Shown here: positions 20,901-32,069 of the stretch, in pieces
How positions within the stretch are numbered: the stretch's first letter is position 1
How the letters are laid out: each line of letters starts with the position of its first letter
Assembly (NCBI GenBank): GCA_026936335.1
Contig: JAPMXV010000052.1
Span: 186,001 to 250,000 of the forward strand
Length of the DNA stretch: 64,000 bases
Direction of reading: 5' to 3'
Source of the DNA: Mantamonas sphyraenae STR306
Taxonomy: Eukaryota; Protista; CRuMs
Program-made: the position numbers and the translations under genes
Notes under the pieces: model-generated
Told to the model about the DNA's origin: nothing
Seen by the model: the letters and a program-made list of their open reading frames with translations, nothing else
Databases searched by the model: none

Positions 20901-23762
20901 TGGGCAAGGTCGATGGCCGACATGATGGATGTGGGTGTGACCTTGGGCACAAAGACAGACGGAAGCATCTTGACCATTGTGTCAGGTTCCAGCTCGCGAG
21001 AAGCCATGCCAACGAGTTCGTTTTGGCCATCGAGCACTGCGCAGAAGGATGGATGGACAGGGTGTCAGTGTGATGAACGATGGACAAGAGTTGTGGAGGG
21101 GGGGAAGGGGGGGTGACTCACCTCCTTCGTGCCGCATGAGCACACTGATGAGAAACTGCTTTTCCCAGAAGGACACAGCGACGTCGGGACACATGCTGGA
21201 GCCTACGTTGCTCTGGAATGTGCTCACAAAGCCACCGAGTTGCATGCGCATGTCCTGCCACCCACGCACGAGATCGTTGAGCCAGGGGCGATGGAGATTG
21301 CCAAAGAGCCGCTGCTGTTCGTCCACTGCGTGACCGCTGAGGTGCATGATGCCGTCGAGAAAGCGCTGAAAGTCGGAGCTCTCCATCATGGCGATGCGAG
21401 TTTGATTCCGTTCGCCTGCAAGGACTCGACGTTGCATGATGGGTGAGTCGGCCACGGTGGGGTAGGCGTACACGCGCGTGGAGTCTGTGTGCACGGTGGT
21501 GTGTTGCACCTGTTCCACAGTGAGGTGGAAAGGAGGCAACGAGATGTTTTCCGGGAGGAGAACAGTGTCGTCGACGACCATGACGCCGTCGTAGGGCTTG
21601 CCATTCTCGTCCTCAAGTTGTGGGAGGCGATTGACCAGATTCCAGAAGACGGTGGCTGACCGGGTGCCCTGGCTGCTCAAGCTGTTGGGTGTAAGGGAAT
21701 AATGACATCCGTGGGCCATGGCCAGCTGCTGGGTCAGATTGTTGCCACGCAGGTCGTTGATGGCGGCTGTGGTTGCGTTGTCGCAGACGAGGACGTTCTG
21801 CGGCCCAAAACGCCTACAGGCACACACGAGGGCGGCTTCAAAGTAGACTGCGTGCTGCTCAATGTTGCGTGTGCAGAGGAGGAGGCACACAGCGTCAGCG
21901 CTGGTGTTGCTTGGTCGGTCGGGGTTGGTGTCGTCGCGGCCCTGCTGGCCCTGGAGAATGGGGAGAGGGGTCAGAGTCGGATAGCGTGTGCTGATCATGG
22001 CAATGATGAGGAGAATGTACTCGATGGGGTTGAAGACGAGGAGGTAGATGGCGTACTGGGAGCGAATGAGATTGTTGCCTGTGGTGAGCATGGCGAGTGT
22101 GATTGCCCAGAGCAACAGGATGACAAAGATGACCATGATGACGCCTTTGAAGATCCAGTAGGCGTCGAGGCGGGATTGCATCTTGGACAGACGCTTGCGG
22201 GCACGGAAAAAGTTGCGGACTTCGAGGTTGAGCTGGTCGTTGGAGCGATCACAGGTCGGCTCGCTGACGGTGTCACCGAGCCAACGCAGAGGACGCTGCC
22301 ACGTTTCGCTGCCGTCCAGTTGGTGGTCGTCATGAAACGTCCACGGGGAGGAGGAAGCGGCGGAGGCGGACTCGGAGCGGCGCCTCCAAAAGCTTCCCAA
22401 CACAGCACGGATGAGCACATGGCCAAAGTGCATGATGACGGCAATGATGAACGCCAGGATGGTGGAAACGAGCACGTAGATCCAGGAGATGATGTCGATG
22501 CGGCGGAGGAAGGAGAAGAGGTCGACGGCGGCGGTGGGAAAGGTGAAGATCATGAGGAAGCCCGCGAGCAGAAAGACAAGGACGACGTCGATGCCTGTGA
22601 TCTGCTGGGATTCCTTGAAGCCAACGAGGACGGAAAAGGACATGGGGCCACGGATGGATGTGAGCTGGCCGGCGGTGACCTTGAGGCATACGGAGCGATT
22701 GAGCTGCACATCGACGGCGTAGTCGAGCTGGCGGGCAGTAACATCCATGCCCTTGAGGGCGACAAAGGCATAGATGGAGCCGCCGACCTGGTCGATGGGA
22801 AAGGCCTCTGGAAGGTTGACGCAGGCGGTGGTGTTTGCGTGGACGTCGATGAGGGTGGAAAACAGGGTGAGTGGACGTCCTGTACCTTGTACAAGTGGCT
22901 GCATGGCTGTGGTTGTGTCCAAGCGCGAGACAATGACGTCGACCTCGTCGAGCTTGCAGTGCGGTTTGGCGACGACGGAGAGGAGTGCATCGGACACGAG
23001 ACCGCCCTCTTTGGCCATGGAGGTGGCGTTGACGTCAAAGGCGAGGCGTTTTCCGACAGAAATCAGGGTGGTGAGGGATGGGAGGATGGTGAGGTCATTG
23101 TTGGGGGGCGGGTGACGGCCTCCGCGGAGAGAGACGAGGTCGCTGGCGTAGATGGGGATGTCGATGTCGAAGGAGCGTGTTGTGTTGCCATCCGAGTTTG
23201 TACTCATGTTCCAGGTGTCGTAGAGGGTGGAGGAGAGATGGGCGCTCTGGCTGCGAAAGACGGAGAAAGGAGGGAGGCAGCGCGGGGCGGTGGCGATCCA
23301 GGTGATGTTGAGGCGTGTGAACAAGGATGTGACGGGAGACACAACGCGCAGCACAAAGTGATCGGTGGCGACACTAGCAACACCGATGCGAATGCCGAAG
23401 CGGTCGAGGGGCGTGTCCTGAGAGGTGACGTCGAGGAGCGAAACGCGAACGTCGGGCACCACCGGAAAATAGGTGCCCTCGTGGAAATTGACCTTGAGGG
23501 TCGCCTCGACATTGCCTCCTGGGTAGGAGAGCTGCCAGAGATTGTATGGCAGGCGTGTGGGGAGGAAACCAGCGTCGATGACGAGACCTTGTGTTCCGGC
23601 AAACAAGAGGCATTGGAGCCCCTGGGACATGTAACCCAAGTGATCGATGGCATACTCAATGTCCATGAATGTGCTGTCGATGTTTTTGTTGTTCTGCACG
23701 GCCTGGGCGGAAGCAGCGGCGACGCAAAGGAGGAGGAGGAGGAAAGGAAGCCCGGATTTCAT
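17954..23762 (-). CDS. ~1907-aa multi-pass membrane protein: signal peptide, 3 H-lectin-like domains, TM helices, degenerate GT2 glycosyltransferase, TM helices, degenerate caspase/C14-like domain, helical tail; 2 exons
   Basis: Signal peptide MKSGLPFLLLLLCVAAASA. Intron 21121-21037 (G|gtgagt...gcgcag|TG) joins ORF 20982-25274 to ORF 17954-21037 in frame. Domain motifs are detailed in the findings. Confidence 0.75.
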
Positions 23763-23825
23763 GTGCAGAGGGTTTGGCAGCGCAAGCGCGGCCAGACAAG
23801 ACCAGGAAGCCAGGAAGAAGAAGGG

Positions 23826-26512
23826 ATGGACAGCAACAAGCTGGCCTACAAAACATGGGCCCTGTCGATGGATGCCCATCGGCGTGCATACCCTTTTTTT
23901 GAGGACGAAGGTGAGGAGGGAGGCTGGAACGTATGTGGGGGGGGGGCACTGACACAAAGGGTTGTGCATGCATTCCTTGGGCGTGCGGGGTTTGCGTGTG
24001 GCACGCACGCAGACATTCACATCACCGTTCGGTGGAGAGACGACGGGGAGCAGGAAGAGAAGGAGGCGCTGCGCTTCTCGCTGACATTTCGCATGCTGAG
24101 CCTGGTGGGCACGGAGGACAAGGCGCACTGGAGAGATGTTGTGTGGAAGAACCAGCTGTGCTGTTTGTGGAGTGAGGAGTTTGTTCAGGACGAGGAGGGC
24201 AAGCTGAGTGTGCGCCGTGTTGCGCATCCGGTGTTGCCGTGGAAGCCAGGCGTGCAACTGTACTTTTGTCCCGACGTGCGACACGGGCACGAGTACGTGG
24301 TGTGCAAGGACAGCTTCCTGCCGCATGCAGAGTTGTACAAGGCGCAGATGCCAAACGAGGACAACTTGAACGCAACACTGGTGCACTCTGCGGCCAGCAT
24401 GGTGCGGAGCGAGCTGGAACAGACAGAGCTGATCAAAACACACAAGTGGAAGAGCGAGAGTCACCTGCGCAAGTTCATGGAGTGGAATGCGGCGCAGAAG
24501 CGCAACGTGGGGATCTGGGAGGATGGGCTGATCGACGAGATGTCCAAGGGGGAAGGGCATGGGATTCGAGGGAAAGACATCGCCCACGCGGTAGAGGCAG
24601 CCATGCCCTCTTTTGATTTCGAAAGCTATAGTGAGTTGTATGTGGGAGGAGAGGACGGATGAGTGGTGGAGGCTGACACGAACGGCGGGAAACAGAACAA
24701 TGGACGGCAGCCAAGATGCGGACACAGCGGCAATGGGGATTGGCGGCGTGTTTGGCATTGCCGCTGCTGTTCCAGGTGGTGTTGGTGGCGATGGAGGCGT
24801 GGGTGATCCGTGCGGGGGACGGACAGCGTGGAACGATGCTCGAGGCGTACGTGGGCGTGCTGGTGGCACGTGCGGTGCTGACGACGGTGGGACAAGCGTA
24901 TGTGATGAAAGTACGGTGGGGCTGGGAATGGAAGGAGCTGTTCCAAGGCGCAGGACGTGTGGTGGAGCTGAGCGGGATGCTGCTGGTGCCGCTTCTGGTG
25001 CACATCCTGGCGTGCAGCGTGCCCCAGGGGAACGAAAACCTGGAGCCCGGACATTGTGCGACTGTGTTGGGGTATGCGGTGGCGGTGATGGCGTACCAGC
25101 TGAGCTCCATGTGGACGGCCATCGGATTGAGTGCGACGCTGGAGTTTTTCGAGAAGGACGGAGAGCGATTGGGCTTCCGCGTGCGCTCCAGCGAGCAAGA
25201 GTGGAGTCCCATGACTTACCGGTGGCAAGCGGTGAGGTTGTCTGTGGCCGGGCACATGGTGCACTTCCTGACAATGGTGGTGAGTTTGTGGCAGGTGGCG
25301 TTGCCGGTGTTGCTGGAGCTGGAACATTTCATGGGCCACACGTACGTGTTGCTGTACATGCTTTGGGTGTTGTACGAGGTGCGCCAACACCGTAATCCCT
25401 TTTTGGAGGGAGGGCGAGGCAGGGAGGATCGCCGAGAAGAAGCAGCAGAAACAGGGGAGCAGGACAACGCAAACGACCAATCCCTGTCATCATCCACGGT
25501 CAGGGATCAGTATCTGTTGTACATGGAGACGATGAGCAAGGTTCAGGACATGGACAACAAGGCGTCTGCGGGAGGAGCGCGCGCACATCTGAAGTTTCTG
25601 CAGTCGCACAAACGGGGCCACGTGGAAGAGATGCCAGCAGGGAAGAAAGGGAAGCGGTACAAGCAGATCCACCGTCCGCAGAACACGTGGGTGCGCGACG
25701 CAGACGTGGCGGACACGGGCGTTGTGGAACTTGAAGATCGGGTCAAGGAGGGACGACATGTGGATGACTCGCGTGTTGTGTTGCTGCTGATGTGTGTGTG
25801 GGTGCCGCTGATTTTTGCCAACTCGGTGGTGCTGGACTGGCTGTTCACGAGCTACACGAGTGTGGTGAGCCTGGTGGTGGTTGTCACGGCGTCAGGGATG
25901 CTTTTGCTAGCGAGCAACATGCTGCAGGGAATCCCGTTTGCGGCGCTAAGCAACGTGGTTGTGCGTTTTGCGCTTCTGTTTGCGATTTCTCTGGGCAATG
26001 TGCCGGCAATGGGCCACCTGCACCGTGATGCGATCGCTCAGCGATTGGAACTGGCTGGCCAACTGCTACGCGCGGCGGCCACGAGCCTCGTGTACCTGAC
26101 TGTGTGGGTGCACACGCCTCTGTATCGACAAAAGGTACGTCGGCAGCTGCTGGGCGTGTTTGCAGTTGCTGCGGTGACGTCGCTGGCGACAGTGACGGCT
26201 CGGTTTGCGATGACGTCTGCGGCCGGAACAGTGCCCATTGCGTTTGAGTCGACACTGGCAGTGATGACCGTGACGGCAGTGATTCAGGAGTGGCAGCACG
26301 ATGGGAAGGGCATGCCTCACAACGCACTGTTTGATGGCACGCGGCGGTGGCGCTTCTTTGCAGGGAACGAGGTGGAAGAGGACGGAACAGTGACCGAGCT
26401 GCAGACACAAACCAGCAAGAGAGGGTGGTCAAAGACGAGTGAGATCGACAGATCGATGAAGAAGCCGCTGCTGGAAGATGAGCACGGGGCACGTGGAGTG
26501 GGACGAGCGTGA
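23826..26512 (+). CDS. Hypothetical multi-pass membrane protein; 3 exons
   Basis: Start MDSNKLAYK. Intron 23911-24012 (in frame, probable) and intron 24631-24695 (gtgagt..ctgac..aaacag) link into ORF 24716-26512, which has two clusters of hydrophobic helices. Confidence 0.65.
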
Positions 26513-26549
26513 TGGGAGGCAAAGAAAAAGACCCCCAACCGTTTCCACG

Positions 26550-28061
26550 ATGTGAGTGTTGAGTGTTGAGTGTTGAGTGTTGAGTGTTGAGTGGAAGCAA
26601 CGGTGTATAGAGAAAATTGGCTGACCGGTGCACGCACACGCACACAGGTCGGGCGTGGAGTGCGTGGTGTGTACGGATTTCAACAATCTGCCCACGGGGC
26701 CAGAGACGATCAACATGCCGTGCTGCTGCCAGTGCAACCCGAACGACCCGCCAGAGGTGCAAAAGTACCAGTGTGTGCCGGGCGAGTCGTGCGTGGCGTT
26801 CAACGCGTTTGGTAGGTCGCCGTTGGCAAATTTTTGCGAGGGGAAGACGCGGAGGAGGGTGTGGAGGCCGAGGGAGGCATATGGGCGGGATAAAGAGAGG
26901 ACACGGGGGTGGAACCGGGAGGGTGGAAGGGTGTGCAGTGGGTGGGATGAGTGGGGAGTGGCGGTGGCGGCGAAGGAACGGCGGCGACGGTGTGCGAGAG
27001 GGCGCGAAGTTGGAAATCCTCGACGTTTTGGAAGCTGACACGGGTGCGTTTTTGGACCTGCGGTGAACGGTGGACTGGCCACACACACACACACACACAC
27101 ACAGCGTTTGTGTGCCTGTTGGGCATGGCGTGCACGGCTGCGTACATCCTGTGGAGGCTTGTGAAGAGCAAGAGCGCTGGTGTGCCGCAGAAAGTGATGT
27201 GTGAGTTTTTGAGAGGTTGGCCGGGGAGCGGAAGCGCAGGCTGCTGACGCACGTGGGTACTCTTGCGACACGGGGCTGCTTGGGGGGGGGGGCTTGTTTG
27301 CAGTCATGGCGCTTGTGGCAGGTGGTGCGTTGGGAGCGTTCCGCCAGCTGTTCTTTGTGGCGGGTGTGACGCCGGGCACGATTGGCATTGTGGCCTTTTT
27401 GGCGCTGTATGACCAGGACTGCATCTTTATGGCGTTCTTGACTGTGATTTGCGTGTGGATCAACTCGTACCACGGACAAGGACGGCAGCGAGCGGGCGCA
27501 AACCCGCTGAGCTTTGGCAAGTTTACGGCGCCGTACCTGGTGGTGACGATTCTGCAGTTTATGTTTTCGTTTGTGAGCAACTTTATCATTGTGGTGCCGG
27601 GAGAGCCTGTGGCAGATCCGTCGCAGGACTGGCGAGGCGCATTTCTGTTTGTGAACAATGCGTACACGCTGTTGCTGTACGTGGGCCTTGTGGTGTCGTT
27701 CAACATCTACCGCGGCCGGCTGGTGGTGGAACTGAGCAAGTTCAACCAGAACGCAAAGAAGCAGGCGCAGATTGAAAAGATGACGCGGATTGTGCAGTAT
27801 GCGTCGTTTACGTTTCTGTCGCAGGTGGTGATCCAGCTGCTGGCGCTGGTGGTGATCATTGTGCAGGGACGTGTGACGCTGGAGGTGGCTGAGGGACAGA
27901 AGTATGTGACGCTGGTGGTGCAGATGCTGCTTGCAGGCCAACTCATGTATGTGTTGGGCCGTCCGCCGCCGCGCATGGGTCCTTCGGACTCGGGCACCTC
28001 GGCCACGGCAAGTGGCAGCGCAAGCCGTTCGGCCACCGCCGAGGTCAGCGCGAGCGTGTAG
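26550..28061 (+). CDS. Orphan 7-TM (GPCR-like, TOM1/THH1-like) protein with a short Cys-rich N-terminus; 4 exons, start codon split AT|G
   Basis: Introns 26552-26647, 26812-27104 and 27201-27303 give one frame: MSGVECVVCTD..PCCCQC..C..CVAFNAFAFVCLLG... Seven hydrophobic segments can be counted. Confidence 0.7.
26554..26592. repeat. (GAGTGTT)n heptamer microsatellite in intron 1
   Basis: About 5 direct copies are visible. Confidence 0.9.
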
Positions 28062-28112
28062 TGGGAGAAAGAGGGAAAGGGGAAGGAAGAGAGCAAATGT
28101 GAAAGGAGGGTT

Positions 28113-29939
28113 TTATGAAGGGACGGCGACGCGTTTTGTGTTGGTGGTGGTGGTGGTGGAGGTGGAGGAGGAGGATTTCTTGGGCTTCTTGGTTTTGGGT
28201 TTGGCGGCCGGTGTGGATTCGCTGTTGCTGGTGGCCACTGTGGTGGTGTCATTGTCTGCTTGGTCGTCTTGCTCCGCAGCGAGTTGCTCGCCACTGGAGT
28301 CCTCTTGGGTGAGGAGGTCGGAGGCGTCTGCTTCGTCGAGGGGCGGCTCGCCAATGAGGTCGCGCACAAGGGCGGCATCGGAGGAGGAGGAGGCGGAGGG
28401 AAGGCGGTCGTGGACGGTGCGTCCGTACACATCCTGGAGGGAAGTGTCTGAGCCAGCCTGGAGGAGCATCTTTGTGATGGCAACCTGGTAGCGTTTGGAA
28501 CCGCGGACAGCGAGCATGAGGGGAGTCTCGCCGGCGGCGTTTTGGATATTGACATCGGCGCCGGCCTGGAGGAGGGCCTGTGTGGCGAGGGGGGCGTCTG
28601 TGGCAGCGGCCCAGTGGAGGGCGGACCATGCCTTGTCGCAGTCCTGGCGACTGATGGAACGTGTGGCACCGCACTGGAGGAGGGCAAGGAGGACGTCTTC
28701 GTGGCCCATCATGGTGGCATACTGTAGGGGAGTGACGCCTCTGCGGTCGCGTGCGTTTACGTCTGCGCCTGCGCGTGCGAGGAGGGCAAGGGTGTCGAGG
28801 TCGTCGGCAGTGCCGGCAGCCAGGGAGACGGGCGTCTGACCATCGCTCGTGCGTGTGGCGTTGACGTCTGTGTCTGTGTGTGTCAACAGGGTTTGCAGGG
28901 TTTGCAGTGCGTGTGCACGCTGGCCACGCTCGTGGGTGCTACGTGCACCGGCACAGGCTGCGGCCACCTCGACGGCATAGTGCAACGGCTGTGCGCCGTC
29001 CGCATCCTTGTGGTTGCGCAGGAGCACCGAGGCACCGGCGTCGAGCAGTTGGGTGACGATGGCGCTCTGGTTCTGGCGCACGGCCCAGTGGAGGGCCGTG
29101 TTGCCGTTTGCGTCGGGGGTGTCCACGGCCCCGTCGATGCCAGCCTGGGCAAACATGTCCAACAGAAGCGCAAGCACCTTGTCATGCCCCTGGGCGGCGG
29201 CATAGTGCAGCACTGCAAAGCCGCCCGAGTCCAGGCGCAAAGCGTAGCGCACGCCGCCCCCGCGCACATCTTGCTCCATCGACTCTTTCAGCGCCTCCAC
29301 GAGCTCTTCCTGCTGCGGCTGCTGCTGCGTCTGTTGGGATAGGGTGGACGCAGAGAGAGAGGACGCGCCTGAGCTGCTCAGCCATGTATACTGACGCTGC
29401 GAGGTGGAGGTGGACGACGAGACGGAGGAGGTGGACGGGGACGGGGAGGATGGAGAGGCGGATGCGACGACCGTGGCGGTGACTGGACGGAAGAGTGAGC
29501 GGGGGGGGGGGACGGGGAGGGAGGGAGGGAGGGATGGGAAGGGAGGGGGTGAGTGAGGGGCAGGGGGGGGGGAGAGAGGGAGGAGGGAGGGGATGAGAGG
29601 GGGGGGAGGAAGGGTTGACGGATGTGGGGTCAGGGATGATTGGGAGGGATGAGGGTGGACGGCGGGGGACGTACCAGGGACGGCAGAGACGGCGGTGGCG
29701 GTGACAACGGCGGTGGTGTCTACGGTGACGGCAGTGGCCTGGGTGCTCTGGCCGACGTGTGCAGTGACAGAGACGGTGGAGGCGTGGGCGGTGACCGGGG
29801 TGCCGAGTTGGACCTGAAGGAAGGCCAGGGCATCGGCCATGAGATCGTCTTCAGAGGCACCACTCGCCCGTTTGATGGCAATGAACTGTTCGAGTTTGGA
29901 CAGTTGCTGGGTGTTTGCCGATGGGATGGGTTGGGACAT
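28113..29939 (-). CDS. Ankyrin repeat protein; 2 exons
   Basis: Start MSQPIPSAN and intron 29674-29483. Repeats GFAVLHYAA, GNTALHWAV, GAQPLHYAV, GVTPLQYA, AWSALHWAA and GETPLMLAV. Confidence 0.85.
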   Translation of the reverse strand: MSQPIPSANTQQLSKLEQFIAIKRASGASEDDLMADALAFLQVQLGTPVTAHASTVSVTAHVGQSTQATAVTVDTTAVVTATAVSAVPGTSPAVHPHPSQSSLTPHPSTLPPPPLIPSLLPLSPPPAPHSPPPFPSLPPSLPVPPPRSLFRPVTATVVASASPSSPSPSTSSVSSSTSTSQRQYTWLSSSGASSLSASTLSQQTQQQPQQEELVEALKESMEQDVRGGGVRYALRLDSGGFAVLHYAAAQGHDKVLALLLDMFAQAGIDGAVDTPDANGNTALHWAVRQNQSAIVTQLLDAGASVLLRNHKDADGAQPLHYAVEVAAACAGARSTHERGQRAHALQTLQTLLTHTDTDVNATRTSDGQTPVSLAAGTADDLDTLALLARAGADVNARDRRGVTPLQYATMMGHEDVLLALLQCGATRSISRQDCDKAWSALHWAAATDAPLATQALLQAGADVNIQNAAGETPLMLAVRGSKRYQVAITKMLLQAGSDTSLQDVYGRTVHDRLPSASSSSDAALVRDLIGEPPLDEADASDLLTQEDSSGEQLAAEQDDQADNDTTTVATSNSESTPAAKPKTKKPKKSSSSTSTTTTTNTKRVAVPS

Positions 29940-30305
29940 GGGATTGGGGGGGGATGGGTTGGGTGGAGTTGGGACTGGGGTTGGGAGCCAAGGGGTGGTG
30001 GGGGAGGGAGCAGAGAGAGGGGTGGTGGGGAAATAGAGTGAAGGCGCAAGGGCGGGGGAAGGGGGTGGCGGATGGGGGCCGGGGGAGATGGGCGCTGGCG
30101 GAACGGGGCATTTCCTCGACAAGGTCTCGTTTCATTGCAGGGTGTGTGCTCAGGGCGTGCCGTGGTTGGATGGTTGTGTGATGGGATGGGATTGTGAGAA
30201 TGGGAGGTGAGGATGCGACAAAGGGGCCAACACGGGGGGGTGGTGCAGGGCCAGGGCCAGGGCCGCCACTCGTTGTTGCGTGATTCCGGCGGCGACACAC
30301 ACGGC

Positions 30306-30817
30306 CTACTGAGAGGCGGAGGAGGAGAGGAGAAAGTCGTCGGAGCGAAGGGGTGCAATGTCGTCGTTGGTGACCCATTCGTTGGTCTTTGCAATGTCGG
30401 TCTGGATGGCGTCGACCAGGGCTTGGAGCGAGTCAAAGTTGAGCTCGGGACGGATGTAGGCGGCGACAACGACGGAGAGGGTGGAGCCGTAAAAGTCGTC
30501 GTCAAAGGTGTGGATGAGGTGCACCTCGACGGCCTTGTCCTTGTTGTCGTAGAACGGGTTGTAGCCGATGCTCATCACGGCGTTGTACACCTCGTCGTGG
30601 CCCTCGAGAGTGGCAAAGCCCAGGTAGATGCCATTGTCAAGCTTGGCCAGTTGGTCCTGGATGACTTCCACCTGCATGTTGGCCGTGGGGCAGCCCAGCT
30701 CCTTGGCACCACGTCCAAAGCCGCGGATCACCTCGGACTTGAGGTACAGCGGCGTCTCGAGCAGCGTGTACTCCTCCCAGTGGTGGGCTATGGACGTAAG
30801 GGTTTCTGGGTGGACAT
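30306..30817 (-). CDS. RFK: Riboflavin kinase, probably with a 1-nt indel just after the ATG
   Basis: Motifs VIRGFGRGAKELGCPTANM, GIYLGFA, VMSIGYNPFYDNKDKAVEVHLIHTFDDDFYG and YIRPELNFDSLQALVDAI. The nearest ATG (30817) is out of frame by one base in a C-run. Confidence 0.92.
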
Positions 30818-30960
30818 GGGGTGATGATGTGTGGGGGTGGGGTTGGTTTGGGTGGTTGGGTTGGTTGGGGGGGCGTGGGGGGCTGGGATTTGCTGTGCTG
30901 TGCAAGGTCGGCGCCGGCGCTGCGCAAACAAAACAACAACACACAACAACACCATTGACA

Positions 30961-31996
30961 ATGACTCGCTGGGTTATGCTTGTGTTGAGCATGCTGCTGG
31001 TTGGGATGATGTGCCTTGCTCCCGCGGTTGTGGGAGAGGCGGAGGAGACGGAGGAGACGGAGGTGGATTCGCCGCTGTCGTCTGAGGATTCGGACGACGA
31101 GGTGGACGTGGACAGCGAGGACGACAAGGTGGACCTGGAAGACGAAGAGGAGGAAGACGAAGAGGCGGCGGACGATGACTCGGAGGAGGACGAGGACGAG
31201 GAAGAGGAAGAGGACGAGGAAGGGGCGCTGGCAGAGCAGGAACAGGAAGTGGCCGGTTTGTTGGACTTGGCCGACGAGATCGATGACAGCGCAGTGGCGG
31301 ACCAGGAGCAGGACGAGCAGACGGCGCAGATGCGCAAGGAAGTGGCCGAAGCGTAAGTGTGGAGTGTGAGCGAGAGACATGCCGGGAAGCTTCCAGCGGC
31401 AAGGAAGCGGCGACTGGGAGTCGCACGGTGAGCAAATGGAGGGAAAAAAAACGGGGCGCGGCGAAAGAGGCGTGTGTGGTTTTGGAAGGCGCGTGCGTGC
31501 GAGCGAGAAGAATGTGGGGATGGAGACTGACAAGAATGGTTGACAATTGGGTGCGTGCGACGATTGGCGGTGTGTGTGTGTATGTGTGTGGACACATGGA
31601 CTGTGCAGGGTGCGGGACACTGCGGATGCAGCGGCTGCAGCGAAGCTGGCAAAGAAGAAGGCGGCTGGACAGACGGTGGACCTGTCTGCACGCAGCCTGC
31701 ACCGTGCCACGATGGTGTGGGGCATCATCGGCCCCAATGGATGCCCCGAAAAGAGCACAAAGCTGACTCTGATTGCGTCGTGGTACACAAAGGCGCTGCG
31801 AGGCAAAAAGTCGTGCGGCCAGCTCAAGGGCGGCCTGCGCAAGGCGTGCGTGCAGATGGAGGGTGCCTTTTCGCGTGCCAAGCTCCTCTTTGGCAAGTGT
31901 CTGTTCCACTGCGACAACGTCAAGCTCAAGGACGGAGAGGAGGTGGCAGAAGCGGAGACCGAAGGCAAGGCGAGGATGTGCGCATGGTTCAAGTGA
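30961..31996 (+). CDS. Secreted acidic-propiece, Cys-rich protein, family member 1; 2 exons
   Basis: Signal peptide MTRWVMLVLSMLLVGMMCLAPAVVG, a D/E-rich region and a phase-2 intron at 31353-31608. Core sequence GIIGPNGCPEKSTKLTLIASWYTKALRGKKSC..C..AKLLFGKCLFHCDNV..MCAWFK*. Confidence 0.8.
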
Positions 31997-32069
31997 GTGA
32001 GTGAGGGGGAGGGAGAGAGAGGGCGAGCGCGCGGAAGCGGATTGGATTCATCATTTGTTTGCCTTGCTT

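Noticed and set aside
21702-23825. 5' part of the 986-aa + ORF overlapping the lectin/GT2 gene
   Set aside because: It is a D/E/G/V-rich mirror of C-ending codons on the minus strand. The real + gene starts at 23826.
23763-25274. N-terminal ~500 aa of the 1430-aa minus ORF
   Set aside because: It is antisense to the 23826 gene. The signal peptide at 23762 marks the true start.
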